In this document: piece after piece, positions 49,236 to 58,474 of the stretch
Layout: every line of letters begins with the position of its first letter
Numbering within the stretch: the stretch's first letter is position 1
DNA from: an uncultured Spirochaetota bacterium
GTDB lineage: Bacteria > Spirochaetota > Spirochaetia > SZUA-6 > Fen-1364
Direction: 5' to 3'
Assembly: GCA_963845535.1 (NCBI GenBank)
Contig: CAWJSK010000004.1
Span: forward strand, 32,001-96,000
Length of the DNA: 64,000 nucleotides
Made by a program: the position numbers and the translations under genes
Notes under the pieces: model-generated
What the model saw: only the letters and a program-made list of their open reading frames with translations
What the model was told of the DNA's origin: nothing
Database searches by the model: none

Positions 49236-51059
49236 TCAGCCGCGGTGGTAGATCGGCAGCCGCACGCTCATCACCGTGTTCTCCTCAGATGAGCAGGTGA
49301 TCACGCCCTCGTGGGACTCCACGATGTGCTGGCAGATTGACAGGCCGAGCCCCGTGTTCTTCTTCCCGGCCTTCGTGCTGAAAAAAGGATCAAAGATCCT
49401 GTCGATGATCTCGGGCGGGATCCCGCAGCCGTCATCGATGACGGAGACTTCCACGCAATCGTCAGGCTCGATGCGTTTCACCGCAATCTCCACCCTGCCA
49501 TGCTCCAGCACGGCTTCGGCGCTGTTGATGAGCAGGTTGACGAACACCTGCTTCAGGCTGTTCTCCTCCCCGTAGACAAGAAGGTCATCCGGCACTTTCG
49601 GCATCCGCAGGGTGATCCCTTTCTCTCGGACCTTGTGGTCCACGAGGAGCATCACGTCGGAGATGATCCGCGACACCGGCAGCGGCTCCATGGGAATCTT
49701 CCTGACCTTGGAGAAAGAGAGGAGGCTCCCGATGATTTCCCCAATGCGATTCAGCTCGCGCTCGATCTTCGTGAGCCTCTCCGAGTCGGCGTCGGAGGTG
49801 TGACGCCTCTTGAGCAGGTCCACGTAGTTCAGGACGACGCTCAAAGGGTTGGAGATCTCGTGGGCCACGCCGGTGGCAAGCTCCGCGATGGATGCGATCT
49901 TCTCCGAGCGCAGGAGATAGTCCTGGAAATAACGGTCGCGCGAGATGTCCTCGATCACGAGGATGGTGCCCATGTGCTTGTATTCATCGTCTTTGAACGG
50001 AAATATCCGAAGCCGGATGAGCCCCTTTTCTCCGCAGTGCAGCTCCTCCCAGGTGTGTTCCTCCCGGGCGGAGATTTTTTCCTTGACCTCGGAGCGGCGT
50101 TCCAGCCCGCAGCGCTCAAGGAGCGTTTCGACGGGCTGGTCCATCAGCACCTCGTCCTTCAAGGCGAGGATCTTCACCGCCGCGAAGTTGACGATGGAAA
50201 TCCGCTTTTTCAGATCCAGGATGATCACCCCGATGGGAAGGTTCCTGATGATGTTCTCGTTGTACTTCTTCAAGAGGAACAGCTCCCGGTTGTCCTGTTC
50301 CAGCTCTTCACGGCTCAGCACGAACGAGTAGGTCATCTTGATGAGCTTCAGCTTGTCGACGTCCTGGATCTCCTCTGTCCCCTGGCGAAGGCCGTTCTTG
50401 AGGATGGTGACGCGGTCGGCAAACTGGAATATCTCGTCCATATTGTGGGAGATATAGATGACGCTCCTGCCCCGTGCCTTGAACTCGAAGAGCAAGCGGT
50501 AGATCGTCTCCATCTCCCGAGGGGTCAGCTTGCTGGAAATCTCATCGAAGATGAGAAGCTGCGGCTCGATGGAGAGCGCCTTGGCGATCTCCACCATGAG
50601 CTGCTCCGCCTCGGTGAGGTCCTCCAGGTGCGCATGCGGGTCGATATCCACGTGAAGGGCCTGGAAAAGCCGCACTGCCGCGCTCTCCATGCTCTTCCTG
50701 TCGAGGAAGCCCAGTCGAGAGGTGATGCACTGCCCGGTGAAGATGTTCTCGATGGCGCTGATGCTTGGAATCACGTTCATGTTCTGGTACACGATGGCGA
50801 TCCTGTTCTGCACGGCTGATTTCGGCGTGAAAGACTGCACCTCCTCTCCCCGAAACCAGATGGTTCCCCGCTCTTTCGTCACGGCGCCGGACAGTAGCTT
50901 CACGAGCGTTGACTTGCCGGCCCGGTGCTCACCCAGGAGGCCATGGATCTCCCCCGCGGCAAGATCGAAGTCCACCCCGCGGAGCGCCTGAACGCTGTCG
51001 TAGCTCACGTGGATGTCCCTCATGGAAACGAGCAGGGGTCCCCGCTGTTTCACGCTCAA
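49236..51059 (-). CDS. ABC ATPase domain - PAS - histidine kinase fusion (soluble)
   Basis: N-terminal 'GEHRAGKST', 'VYQ', 'VEIAKAL', 'LIFDE', 'ISH'; PAS 'NLPIGVIILD...EDIS'; H-box 'GVAHEISNPL', 'DDGCGI', 'FDPFFSTK', 'GLGL'. Confidence 0.88.
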   Translation of the reverse strand: MSVKQRGPLLVSMRDIHVSYDSVQALRGVDFDLAAGEIHGLLGEHRAGKSTLVKLLSGAVTKERGTIWFRGEEVQSFTPKSAVQNRIAIVYQNMNVIPSISAIENIFTGQCITSRLGFLDRKSMESAAVRLFQALHVDIDPHAHLEDLTEAEQLMVEIAKALSIEPQLLIFDEISSKLTPREMETIYRLLFEFKARGRSVIYISHNMDEIFQFADRVTILKNGLRQGTEEIQDVDKLKLIKMTYSFVLSREELEQDNRELFLLKKYNENIIRNLPIGVIILDLKKRISIVNFAAVKILALKDEVLMDQPVETLLERCGLERRSEVKEKISAREEHTWEELHCGEKGLIRLRIFPFKDDEYKHMGTILVIEDISRDRYFQDYLLRSEKIASIAELATGVAHEISNPLSVVLNYVDLLKRRHTSDADSERLTKIERELNRIGEIIGSLLSFSKVRKIPMEPLPVSRIISDVMLLVDHKVREKGITLRMPKVPDDLLVYGEENSLKQVFVNLLINSAEAVLEHGRVEIAVKRIEPDDCVEVSVIDDGCGIPPEIIDRIFDPFFSTKAGKKNTGLGLSICQHIVESHEGVITCSSEENTVMSVRLPIYHRG

Positions 51060-52363
51060 CTCAGGCCCAGCTTCCTCATGCGGTTGTAGAGGGTCCGTCG
51101 GTTGATGTTCAGCATGTCGGCGGCCTGGGACTTCTTGCCTTTGCTCTTCTCCAGGGCTTCCAGGATCATGGTGCGGTTGAGCTGCTCGAAGGTTGTCTGC
51201 AGCTTCTGGCCGAGGCGGGTCCCCTCGAGCTCCATGTACTGGGACGGCAAGTCTTCCAGCGTCACCGTCTCACCCTCGCAGAAGATGGCCGCCCGCTCAA
51301 TGCAGTTCTTCAGCTCCCGCACGTTCCCCGGCCACGCATGCGCGAGCAGAAGCTCGCGGGTCTGGGGATCCAGGCCGCGGATCTCCTTGGCGTACTGCGC
51401 GGAGAAGACCCTGAGGAAATGGTCGATCAAGAGCTCCACGTCTCCTGGCCGCTCGCGCAGCGGCGGGATGTGCAGGGTGATCACGCACAGGCGGTAGTAC
51501 AGGTCCTCCCGGAAGCTGTCCCGCTGGATGAGCTGGCGAAGGTCCTTGTTGGTGGCGGCAATGACGCGGATGTCGGACGTGATGGTCTGCGTTCCGCCCA
51601 CGCGCTCGAACTCCTGCTCCTGCAGGACGCGGAGGATCTTCGCCTGGGTGTTCGGGCTCATGTCCCCGATCTCGTCCAGGAAGATCGTTCCCTCGTTGGC
51701 CAGCTCGAACTTGCCTTTGCGCTGCGTCAGCGCGTTGGTGAACGCGCCCTTCTCATGGCCGAAGAGCTCGCTTTCCAGAAGCGTCTCGGGAATGGCGGCG
51801 CAGTTCACCTTGATGAACGGCTTGGAGGCCCGGGGTCCTGCTTCGTGGACGAGGCCCGCAATGAGCTCCTTGCCCGTGCCGCTTTCCCCCGTAATGAGAA
51901 CGGGGGCCGTGGTGTTGGCGGCCTTTTCCGCGGACTGGAGGATCTTCTGCATCCGCGGGTCGCTCGTCACGACGCGGCGCGACGGCAGCTGGTCCGCCCC
52001 TGCCGCGGCGGAAAACTCGCGGATCTCATTGAGGAGCCGCTTCAGGTTGGGCGGTTTCTCGTAGAAGTTGACAGCTCCGTACTTCATCGACAGCACGGCG
52101 TTCTCGATGCTGGGGTGGCCGGTGAGGATGATCACCTTGATGTTCGGGTTCGTGCGGCGAAGCATCTTCAGCAGGTCGATGCCCCCGATGCCGGGCATGC
52201 GGATGTCGAGGATGATGAGGTCCACGTGGTTTCGAGCCACCATGGCCGGTGCTTCCCGGGGATCACTGGTGTAGATGGTGCGAAATCCCTCCTCGGTGAG
52301 AATTTCCGAGAGGGAAACGCAGAGCTCCTTTTCGTCGTCGACAATCAGGATCTGGTAGTCCAT
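51056..52363 (-). CDS. sigma54-dependent response regulator (NtrC family)
   Basis: 'IVDDE', 'LDIRMPG', 'GESGTGKE', 'GAFTNA', 'WPGNVRELKN', HTH. Confidence 0.93.
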   Translation of the reverse strand: MDYQILIVDDEKELCVSLSEILTEEGFRTIYTSDPREAPAMVARNHVDLIILDIRMPGIGGIDLLKMLRRTNPNIKVIILTGHPSIENAVLSMKYGAVNFYEKPPNLKRLLNEIREFSAAAGADQLPSRRVVTSDPRMQKILQSAEKAANTTAPVLITGESGTGKELIAGLVHEAGPRASKPFIKVNCAAIPETLLESELFGHEKGAFTNALTQRKGKFELANEGTIFLDEIGDMSPNTQAKILRVLQEQEFERVGGTQTITSDIRVIAATNKDLRQLIQRDSFREDLYYRLCVITLHIPPLRERPGDVELLIDHFLRVFSAQYAKEIRGLDPQTRELLLAHAWPGNVRELKNCIERAAIFCEGETVTLEDLPSQYMELEGTRLGQKLQTTFEQLNRTMILEALEKSKGKKSQAADMLNINRRTLYNRMRKLGLS

Positions 52364-52541
52364 GGCGAGCCTCGCATTAGGCACGGCGGGCCCACGCCGC
52401 GCAACCCACAGAGCGCGGCGGAGGCGGCGTCCACTGCCAGTATAGCACGGCCCCGGAAGGAAGGTCCCCCGTGCCGGCTGCCGCTCAGCGCGCTTCCGCG
52501 CATCGAGGGGCCGACCCGGGGGCAGTCGTGAAAGAAGCGCC

Positions 52542-53471
52542 CTATTCGATGGCCTCTCCTCCGGCATCCACGTTGTCCTTCGTGAACATACGGGACCCAA
52601 GCACGATCCTCTTGACGACCTTGTCGCCGCCGAAGATCTTCAGCGCCTGCTTGATGGCCACGTCGCCGCCGGTGGGGTACTGGAACGTGGCGGTGAGGAT
52701 GCCCTGCTTCACGTAGGCGACGCCCTCCTGGGGCAGGGAGTCGATTCCTACGAACACCATGTCCTTCTCGCGCCCGGCTGCCTGCGCCGCGAGGTACGCG
52801 CCATGGGCTGACGGATCGTTGTGACCATACACGATGTCGATCTTGTCGAACCGCGCGAGAGCGGACTCCATCTCCCGGCGGGCGTCCGGCTCGAGCCACT
52901 TCGCATCCGCGCGGAAGATCACGTTCAGGTCGGAGCCCTTGATGGCTTCCAGGAACCCGTTATGCCTGTCCTGGCCCGGGGTGGAGGTCTGAAGACCCAT
53001 GATCTCCACGACCCTGGCGTGCTTGCCGCCGTAGTTCTTCACGAGCCATTTCCCGACGGCACGGCCGATCTTCACGTTGTCGGCGCCGATGAACTCGGTG
53101 TAGTTCTGGCCGATGATGTCGCGGTCCAGCACGATGACCGGGATGCCTGCCGCCATCGCCTTCGACACCGGCTCGGCCAGAGGCTGGGCCTCCTTCGGGC
53201 TGATGATGAGCAGGTTGATCTTTGCGTCGACGAACTCCTCCACCTGGGCGCGCTGCTGCAGCACGTCGTTCTGGGCATCCTTGAAGATCACCTGGATCTC
53301 GGGATGCTTGTCCGCCTCAGCCTTGATGTCGGCGTTCATCTGAACGCGCCACGGCTCGCCAAGATTGCACTGGCTCATCCCAATGATGTACTTCGGGGCG
53401 GAAAATACGGGGAATACCGCCAGCGAGCACAGGAGAGCCGCGCACAACAGGAACTTCACGGTTGATCTCAT
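52542..53471 (-). CDS. Sugar ABC substrate-binding protein (RbsB-like)
   Basis: 'SQCNLGEPWRVQM', 'IGADN', 'YGHND', 'VGID', 'FQYPTGG'. Confidence 0.9.
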   Translation of the reverse strand: MRSTVKFLLCAALLCSLAVFPVFSAPKYIIGMSQCNLGEPWRVQMNADIKAEADKHPEIQVIFKDAQNDVLQQRAQVEEFVDAKINLLIISPKEAQPLAEPVSKAMAAGIPVIVLDRDIIGQNYTEFIGADNVKIGRAVGKWLVKNYGGKHARVVEIMGLQTSTPGQDRHNGFLEAIKGSDLNVIFRADAKWLEPDARREMESALARFDKIDIVYGHNDPSAHGAYLAAQAAGREKDMVFVGIDSLPQEGVAYVKQGILTATFQYPTGGDVAIKQALKIFGGDKVVKRIVLGSRMFTKDNVDAGGEAIE

Positions 53472-53554
53472 GTGGATCATCTCCTTTTCGGAAGTTGGTT
53501 TGACAACATGCACGAAACCGGTGTGTTTTTTTCTTCCTCCTTTCCCGAGGGACC

Positions 53555-54619
53555 CTACTTGGTCCTCCGCTTCTGAGTGAGAACGGCAAGCACAATGATG
53601 ATCCCGGTGATCATGAGCCGGCCGGCTTCCGGGACAGCATTGATGCTGAGGATTTTCTGCAGATACCCTATGGTGAGTATGCCCAGGAGCGTGAGCCCCA
53701 TGCTCCCGCGGCCTCCCGCGAGGCTCGTGCCTCCAATGACGACCATGGCGATGGCGGTCAGCTCGTAGCCGGCCCCGGTCTCCGGGTCACCCTGCGTCTC
53801 CTGCGCCGCCTGACAGATGCCCGCAACGGCGCACATGAGCCCGGAGAAGGTGTACGCCATGAACTTCGCCATGCGGACGGGGACGCCGGAGAGACGGGCC
53901 GCTTCCTCGTTTCCCCCAATGGAGTACAGCTCCCGGCCCCACTTGTGCCGGGCAAGAAACACCCAGGCAATGATGAAGCACACGAAGAAGATCACGCTCA
54001 CGATGGCGAGATCTCCTCCCAGGATGCGGCTGTCGATCACCTTGAAGACCTGGGGAAGCTCCTTGATGATCACCTTGTCGCCCTGGGTTACATACGTGGA
54101 GATTTTCTGCCCGCCGGTAATGTACTTGGCAAACCCGCGGGCAAACGTCATGAGCGCAAGAGTGGCAATGAAAGGCTGCAGCTTCGCATGAGATACCAGG
54201 GCGCCGGAGGCGGACCCCAGGAGGGAGCCGAGCCCCAGGCACGCCAGGATGGCGAGCCACCACGGCCAGTCCATGTGCATGGTGAAGAGCGCGAAGGAAA
54301 CGGAGGAAACGGCAAGCACGCTTCCCACGGAGAGATCGATCCCTCCCGTGATGATGACCAGCGTCATCCCGCAGGCGAGGATCCCATAGACCGAGGCCTG
54401 GCGCAGCGTATCCCGATGCGTCCCTTCCTTGAAGAATGCGCCGTCCGCGTTGAAGATGACGCCCAGGAGCAGGACAAGAAGCAGCTCGAGGCATGCCCTG
54501 CCGGCGGAGCTCGTCAGGGCGCGCCCGATCACCTGCATTGCCCCGGCCATTCCCGGCTTCCGGCCTGGCGTCCCCCGGACCAGATCCCTTCGCAGAGGTT
54601 CCCGTATTTCACCGACCAT
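53555..54619 (-). CDS. Sugar ABC permease (RbsC-like)
   Basis: 'TGGIDLSVG', 'GRELYSIGGNEEAARLSGV', 'VIGGTSLAGGRG'. Confidence 0.9.
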   Translation of the reverse strand: MVGEIREPLRRDLVRGTPGRKPGMAGAMQVIGRALTSSAGRACLELLLVLLLGVIFNADGAFFKEGTHRDTLRQASVYGILACGMTLVIITGGIDLSVGSVLAVSSVSFALFTMHMDWPWWLAILACLGLGSLLGSASGALVSHAKLQPFIATLALMTFARGFAKYITGGQKISTYVTQGDKVIIKELPQVFKVIDSRILGGDLAIVSVIFFVCFIIAWVFLARHKWGRELYSIGGNEEAARLSGVPVRMAKFMAYTFSGLMCAVAGICQAAQETQGDPETGAGYELTAIAMVVIGGTSLAGGRGSMGLTLLGILTIGYLQKILSINAVPEAGRLMITGIIIVLAVLTQKRRTK

Positions 54620-56138
54620 TTCCGCCCCCGTTTGTCTTCCCCATGGCAGCTTCCAGGACTTTCTCTGCGTCCGCGTCCCGCCGCGCAAGCTCAGCCGTAA
54701 TGATCCCCCGATGCATGACGATGATCCTGTCGCTCATGGCCAGGAGCTCGGGCATTTCCGAGGTCACCAGGAGGATGGAGATGCCCTGCGCGGTCCACTC
54801 GTTCATGAGCTTGTAGATTTCGTGCTTTGCTCCCACGTCGATCCCCCGCGTGGGCTCATCCAGGAGCAGGATCCGGGGGTCCGTCGAAAGCCATTTTCCA
54901 ATGGCGACCTTCTGCTGGTTGCCCCCCGAAAGCTCCCCGACTTCCATGTCCAGAGACGCGGCGCGAAGCTGGAGCGCGCGCCCCATCTCCGAGGCGACCC
55001 GGCTCTCCACGCGGGGAGACCGCCAACCGTGCGGGGCGAGCCTCCTCATGTTTGCAACGCACATGTTGGCCGTCACCGACATGGAGGCAATCAGCCCCGT
55101 TGCCTTGCGGTCGTTGGTGAGGAGGGCAATACCGTTGGCGATGGCGTCCTGGGGAGAGCGGATGCGGACGGGCTTCCCCTCCACCGTCACTCGCCCCGCG
55201 GTCCGTTTGGGCAGCGCGCCGAATAGGCCGAGGAAAAGCTCGCTCGCTCCCGAGCCCTGGAGACCGCCAATGCCGAGGATCTCCCCGCGCGCCGCTCGAA
55301 AGGACACCCGGTCCACCAGCGGGCGCATTGCGCGGCTGGACGGGCGGACGGAGAAGCCATCCACGGCCAGCGCCTCGGAGGACATCTGGGGAGTGTGGCG
55401 CGGGAACTGCTCCTCGATCTCCCGGCCGACCATCCATTGAATAAGCTTCTTTTCCGAAAGCTCGGCAGCGGGGGCGGTGCCAATGAGCTTCCCGTCACGG
55501 AGCACGGTGATCCGGTCCGCCAGCTTGTGGATCTCCTCCAAGCGGTGCGTGATATAGACGATCCCACGGTTCTCGCTCTTCAGCTGCCGCACCAGGGCGA
55601 AAAGGGTCTCGACGTCGTGGGCGTTCAGCGCGCTGGAGGGCTCGTCCATGATGAGGACGCGCGCATTCAGCCGGATTGCCTTGGTGATCTCGATGAGCTG
55701 CTGCACGGAAATGGGGAGGTCCTCGACGAGGGAGCTCACGCTGACGGAAAGTCCGGCGTTGGCAAGCACCCGCTGCGCGTCGCGCTTGTGGGCCCTTTCA
55801 TGGATAAAGCCCTGCGTTGTCACGGGGTGGCCAAGGAACAGGTTGTCGACGACGGTCATGGACGGGATGAGGGACAACTCCTGGTGGATTGCCGCAATTC
55901 CATGCCTGTTTGCGTCCAACGGGCTGGAAGGACGAATCTCCTGTCCGTCCATGATGATGCGACCGTGGTAGTCCGTGTAGGCGCCGGCAAGGATCTTCAT
56001 GAGCGTGCTCTTGCCCGCTCCGTTCTCCCCGGCGAGGATGTGCACTTCACCCGGGAAAACATGGAAATCCACCTGGTCGAGAACCTTCACGGGTCCGAAA
56101 AACTTGGTAATTCCGTTCATGAAGACGAGTGGAGGCAT
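54609..56138 (-). CDS. Sugar ABC ATP-binding protein (two NBDs)
   Basis: 'GENGAGKSTLM', 'LSGGNQQK', 'DEPTRGIDVGAK'. Confidence 0.93.
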   Translation of the reverse strand: MPPLVFMNGITKFFGPVKVLDQVDFHVFPGEVHILAGENGAGKSTLMKILAGAYTDYHGRIIMDGQEIRPSSPLDANRHGIAAIHQELSLIPSMTVVDNLFLGHPVTTQGFIHERAHKRDAQRVLANAGLSVSVSSLVEDLPISVQQLIEITKAIRLNARVLIMDEPSSALNAHDVETLFALVRQLKSENRGIVYITHRLEEIHKLADRITVLRDGKLIGTAPAAELSEKKLIQWMVGREIEEQFPRHTPQMSSEALAVDGFSVRPSSRAMRPLVDRVSFRAARGEILGIGGLQGSGASELFLGLFGALPKRTAGRVTVEGKPVRIRSPQDAIANGIALLTNDRKATGLIASMSVTANMCVANMRRLAPHGWRSPRVESRVASEMGRALQLRAASLDMEVGELSGGNQQKVAIGKWLSTDPRILLLDEPTRGIDVGAKHEIYKLMNEWTAQGISILLVTSEMPELLAMSDRIIVMHRGIITAELARRDADAEKVLEAAMGKTNGGGNGR

Positions 56139-56149
56139 CACCGCCAGTA

Positions 56150-56165
56150 TGCACGATGCGTGCCA
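56150..56165 (-). promoter_or_regulatory. sigma54 -24/-12 promoter
   Basis: Minus strand TGGCACGCATCGTGCA (GG-N10-GC); a second, weaker match TGGCACAAGAAAGGCT lies at 56228-56243. Confidence 0.65.
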
Positions 56166-56304
56166 GGAAATGATCGCAAATGAAGGAAAAACGCCTCAAG
56201 AACAAGCGTCGAAACGGTAAGAAACGCAGCCTTTCTTGTGCCAGTTCAAAAGATGAGAATCATCATTCTCAGGGCGGGAAAAAACGGGAAAATGAATTCC
56301 CTTC

Positions 56305-57084
56305 TTACTGAACCAGCGGGGTCATGGCCCCCGCAAGCTCGATTCCTTCGATCGACGCCTTGCCAACCAGGAGCTGGATGTACTGGTGGACGGCCCGGGT
56401 CCAGGCGCTGGCGCCAAGGTACTCAGTAACGCGCTCTCGGGCCATTTCATAAGGAAGCTGCCTGCCCCGGATGGCACGGTCCAGCCTGACCACGTGGTAC
56501 CCGTAGCGCGTGCCCACAGGCTCGAGGCTGAGCTCACCGGGGGACAGCCTGCTGAGGCACGTTTCGAGCTCCGGCGTGGTCTGGCCCCGCGTTATCTGGC
56601 CCAGATGGCCGCCTTGATCCCGGGACTCAGGGTCATCCGAGCGCTCCTTGGCCAGACGCTCGAAGAACGAAGGGTCACGGCGCAGCTCATCAAGCGTGGC
56701 GGCAGCAGCAGCGCGTGCCCGCTCGCGCTCCTCGGGTTGATCGGGACGGGCCGCGAAGAGGATATGGGAAGCCTCGAACAGATCAGGGGACCGGAAGCGT
56801 TGGCGGTTTGCGTCGTAGTAGCGCCGGCAGGCTTCCTCATCCGCGGCCGGAAGCCTGACTCCGCGGTCCAGCAGCGCCGTGATGGTGCGCTCTTCCGCTG
56901 CGGCGGCGTCTTCCGAGACGGCAGGGCTCACGCCGAGGGCTGCCGCTTCCTGGAGCAGGAGCTCGCGGACGACAAGAGCAACGGCGGCCTCGCGCATGGC
57001 CGCCTCCCGGCTCGACGCGGGATGGTACTGCGCCTCCCGGGAAACCTGATCATCGGAAATCGCTTTTCCATTTACTGTGATCAC
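56305..57084 (-). CDS. PpiC-type peptidyl-prolyl isomerase (nar-associated)
   Basis: 'ASHILF', 'LAKERSDDP', 'GGHLG', 'TRYGYHVV', C-terminal 'TPLVQ'; GTGA overlap with narI. Confidence 0.88.
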   Translation of the reverse strand: MITVNGKAISDDQVSREAQYHPASSREAAMREAAVALVVRELLLQEAAALGVSPAVSEDAAAAEERTITALLDRGVRLPAADEEACRRYYDANRQRFRSPDLFEASHILFAARPDQPEERERARAAAAATLDELRRDPSFFERLAKERSDDPESRDQGGHLGQITRGQTTPELETCLSRLSPGELSLEPVGTRYGYHVVRLDRAIRGRQLPYEMARERVTEYLGASAWTRAVHQYIQLLVGKASIEGIELAGAMTPLVQ

Positions 57085-57794
57085 GAGGGCATCCCCCGAC
57101 GGACCTTTGCTGGCGCGCGCCTTCGCACCACCTGGTACGCGCGCCCCAGGTACCAGATGGGCGCGCTCCAGATGTGAACAAGCCGGCTGAGAGGCCACAC
57201 CAGGAAAAACGTGAAACCCAGGAAGAGGTGAACCTGGTAGACCCAGGGAACGTCACGGAGCAGGGAGATCGCGTCAGGCTTGAAGTAGATGATCGACTGG
57301 ACGTATGCCACGAGCTGGCCGAAAAGCCGGCCATCCAGGTGATGCAGGGTGAGGGGAATCGTGACCAGGCCGAAGGTGAGCTGCACCCACACCAGGAGGA
57401 GAGCGAAGATGTCCATGGGGCTGGAGGTCTTTCGGATCCGGGAATCGAAGAGCCTGCGGTGCACCAGCATGGTAAGGCCAATCCAGGCAAGGGACCCGGA
57501 CAGCCCACCGGCTACCACAGCCAGAAGCTGATGGGCCAGGACGGAGACCCCCAGCACTTGAAGCACAATGTCCGGCGTTGCAAACCCCACCAGATGGCCC
57601 GCAAGCACGACCAGGATCCCATAATGAAAGAGTGTGCTCCCCAGGACGAGCTCGCGTTTGCGCAGAAGCTCGCTCGACCCGCTTCGCCATCCGAACTGCC
57701 CGCGATTGAAGCGGATGATGCTCCCGGCAATGAAAACGGTAAGCGCGACATAGGGGTAGTACCCGAAGACGAGCAGGGTCAGAAGGTACGGCAT
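57081..57794 (-). CDS. narI: Respiratory nitrate reductase gamma subunit
   Basis: 'FGYYPY', 'WRSGSS', 'LFHYGI..AGH', 'VHLFLG', 'SRLVHIWS'. Confidence 0.95.
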   Translation of the reverse strand: MPYLLTLLVFGYYPYVALTVFIAGSIIRFNRGQFGWRSGSSELLRKRELVLGSTLFHYGILVVLAGHLVGFATPDIVLQVLGVSVLAHQLLAVVAGGLSGSLAWIGLTMLVHRRLFDSRIRKTSSPMDIFALLLVWVQLTFGLVTIPLTLHHLDGRLFGQLVAYVQSIIYFKPDAISLLRDVPWVYQVHLFLGFTFFLVWPLSRLVHIWSAPIWYLGRAYQVVRRRAPAKVRRGMPS

Positions 57795-58474
57795 CACTGC
57801 TCCTTTCGCATTGCCGCGCCCTGGGCGCGGGCGCGCTGCCGGCCGGTGAATGACGCTTCCCGACGGGAGAAATCCACCGGCTCTTCCTGCCACTCCGCAT
57901 CCAGTGCCTGGCGGCTTGCCGCGTCCTCAGCTTCTTCAACTGCCAGCTCTTCCAGGTCCGCCTGCTTCGGCTCGGCCTGGGCCAGGTGCTCCAGCGCGGA
58001 GAGCACGGCCGCGTAGGGGCTGCACCGCTTTTGCAGTCGGCGCGCAAGGGTGGTGATGACTGCCACGGGCTCCGCCAACTCCGCCCGGGCATCCGCCAGC
58101 GGAAGCTGGGACAGATACTCCAGGTAGACGGGGAGAAAATCAGGAAGCTCGACGGCGGAAAGCTCCAGCCCGATCTCGCGGTAGCGCTCCAACAGGCTCA
58201 CCATGGCCTGGCCCCTGTCACGGGACTCCCCGTGCACGTGCTCGAAAAGGTGCAGAGACAGGGAGCGGTACTGGTCGAAGAGCTCGACGTACCGGGCCTG
58301 GAGGTCGTAGATGTCCAGGGAAGAAAGATCGGCGAAAAGCCCACCCAGGCCATCCAGGTCCGCCTGTTCCAGGAAACCTTCCTGGCTGAGGATTTCCTTC
58401 ATCTCGGGAAGCGCAGAGACAAGGTCTGGGGTGGGGTACGTGAGGAGCGCGGAGAGGACGCGAAACGTGTTCAT
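57794..58474 (-). CDS. narJ: Nitrate reductase Moco assembly chaperone
   Basis: 'YVELFD', 'SLHLFEHVHGESRDRGQAM', 'ELPDFLP'. Confidence 0.95.
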   Translation of the reverse strand: MNTFRVLSALLTYPTPDLVSALPEMKEILSQEGFLEQADLDGLGGLFADLSSLDIYDLQARYVELFDQYRSLSLHLFEHVHGESRDRGQAMVSLLERYREIGLELSAVELPDFLPVYLEYLSQLPLADARAELAEPVAVITTLARRLQKRCSPYAAVLSALEHLAQAEPKQADLEELAVEEAEDAASRQALDAEWQEEPVDFSRREASFTGRQRARAQGAAMRKEQ

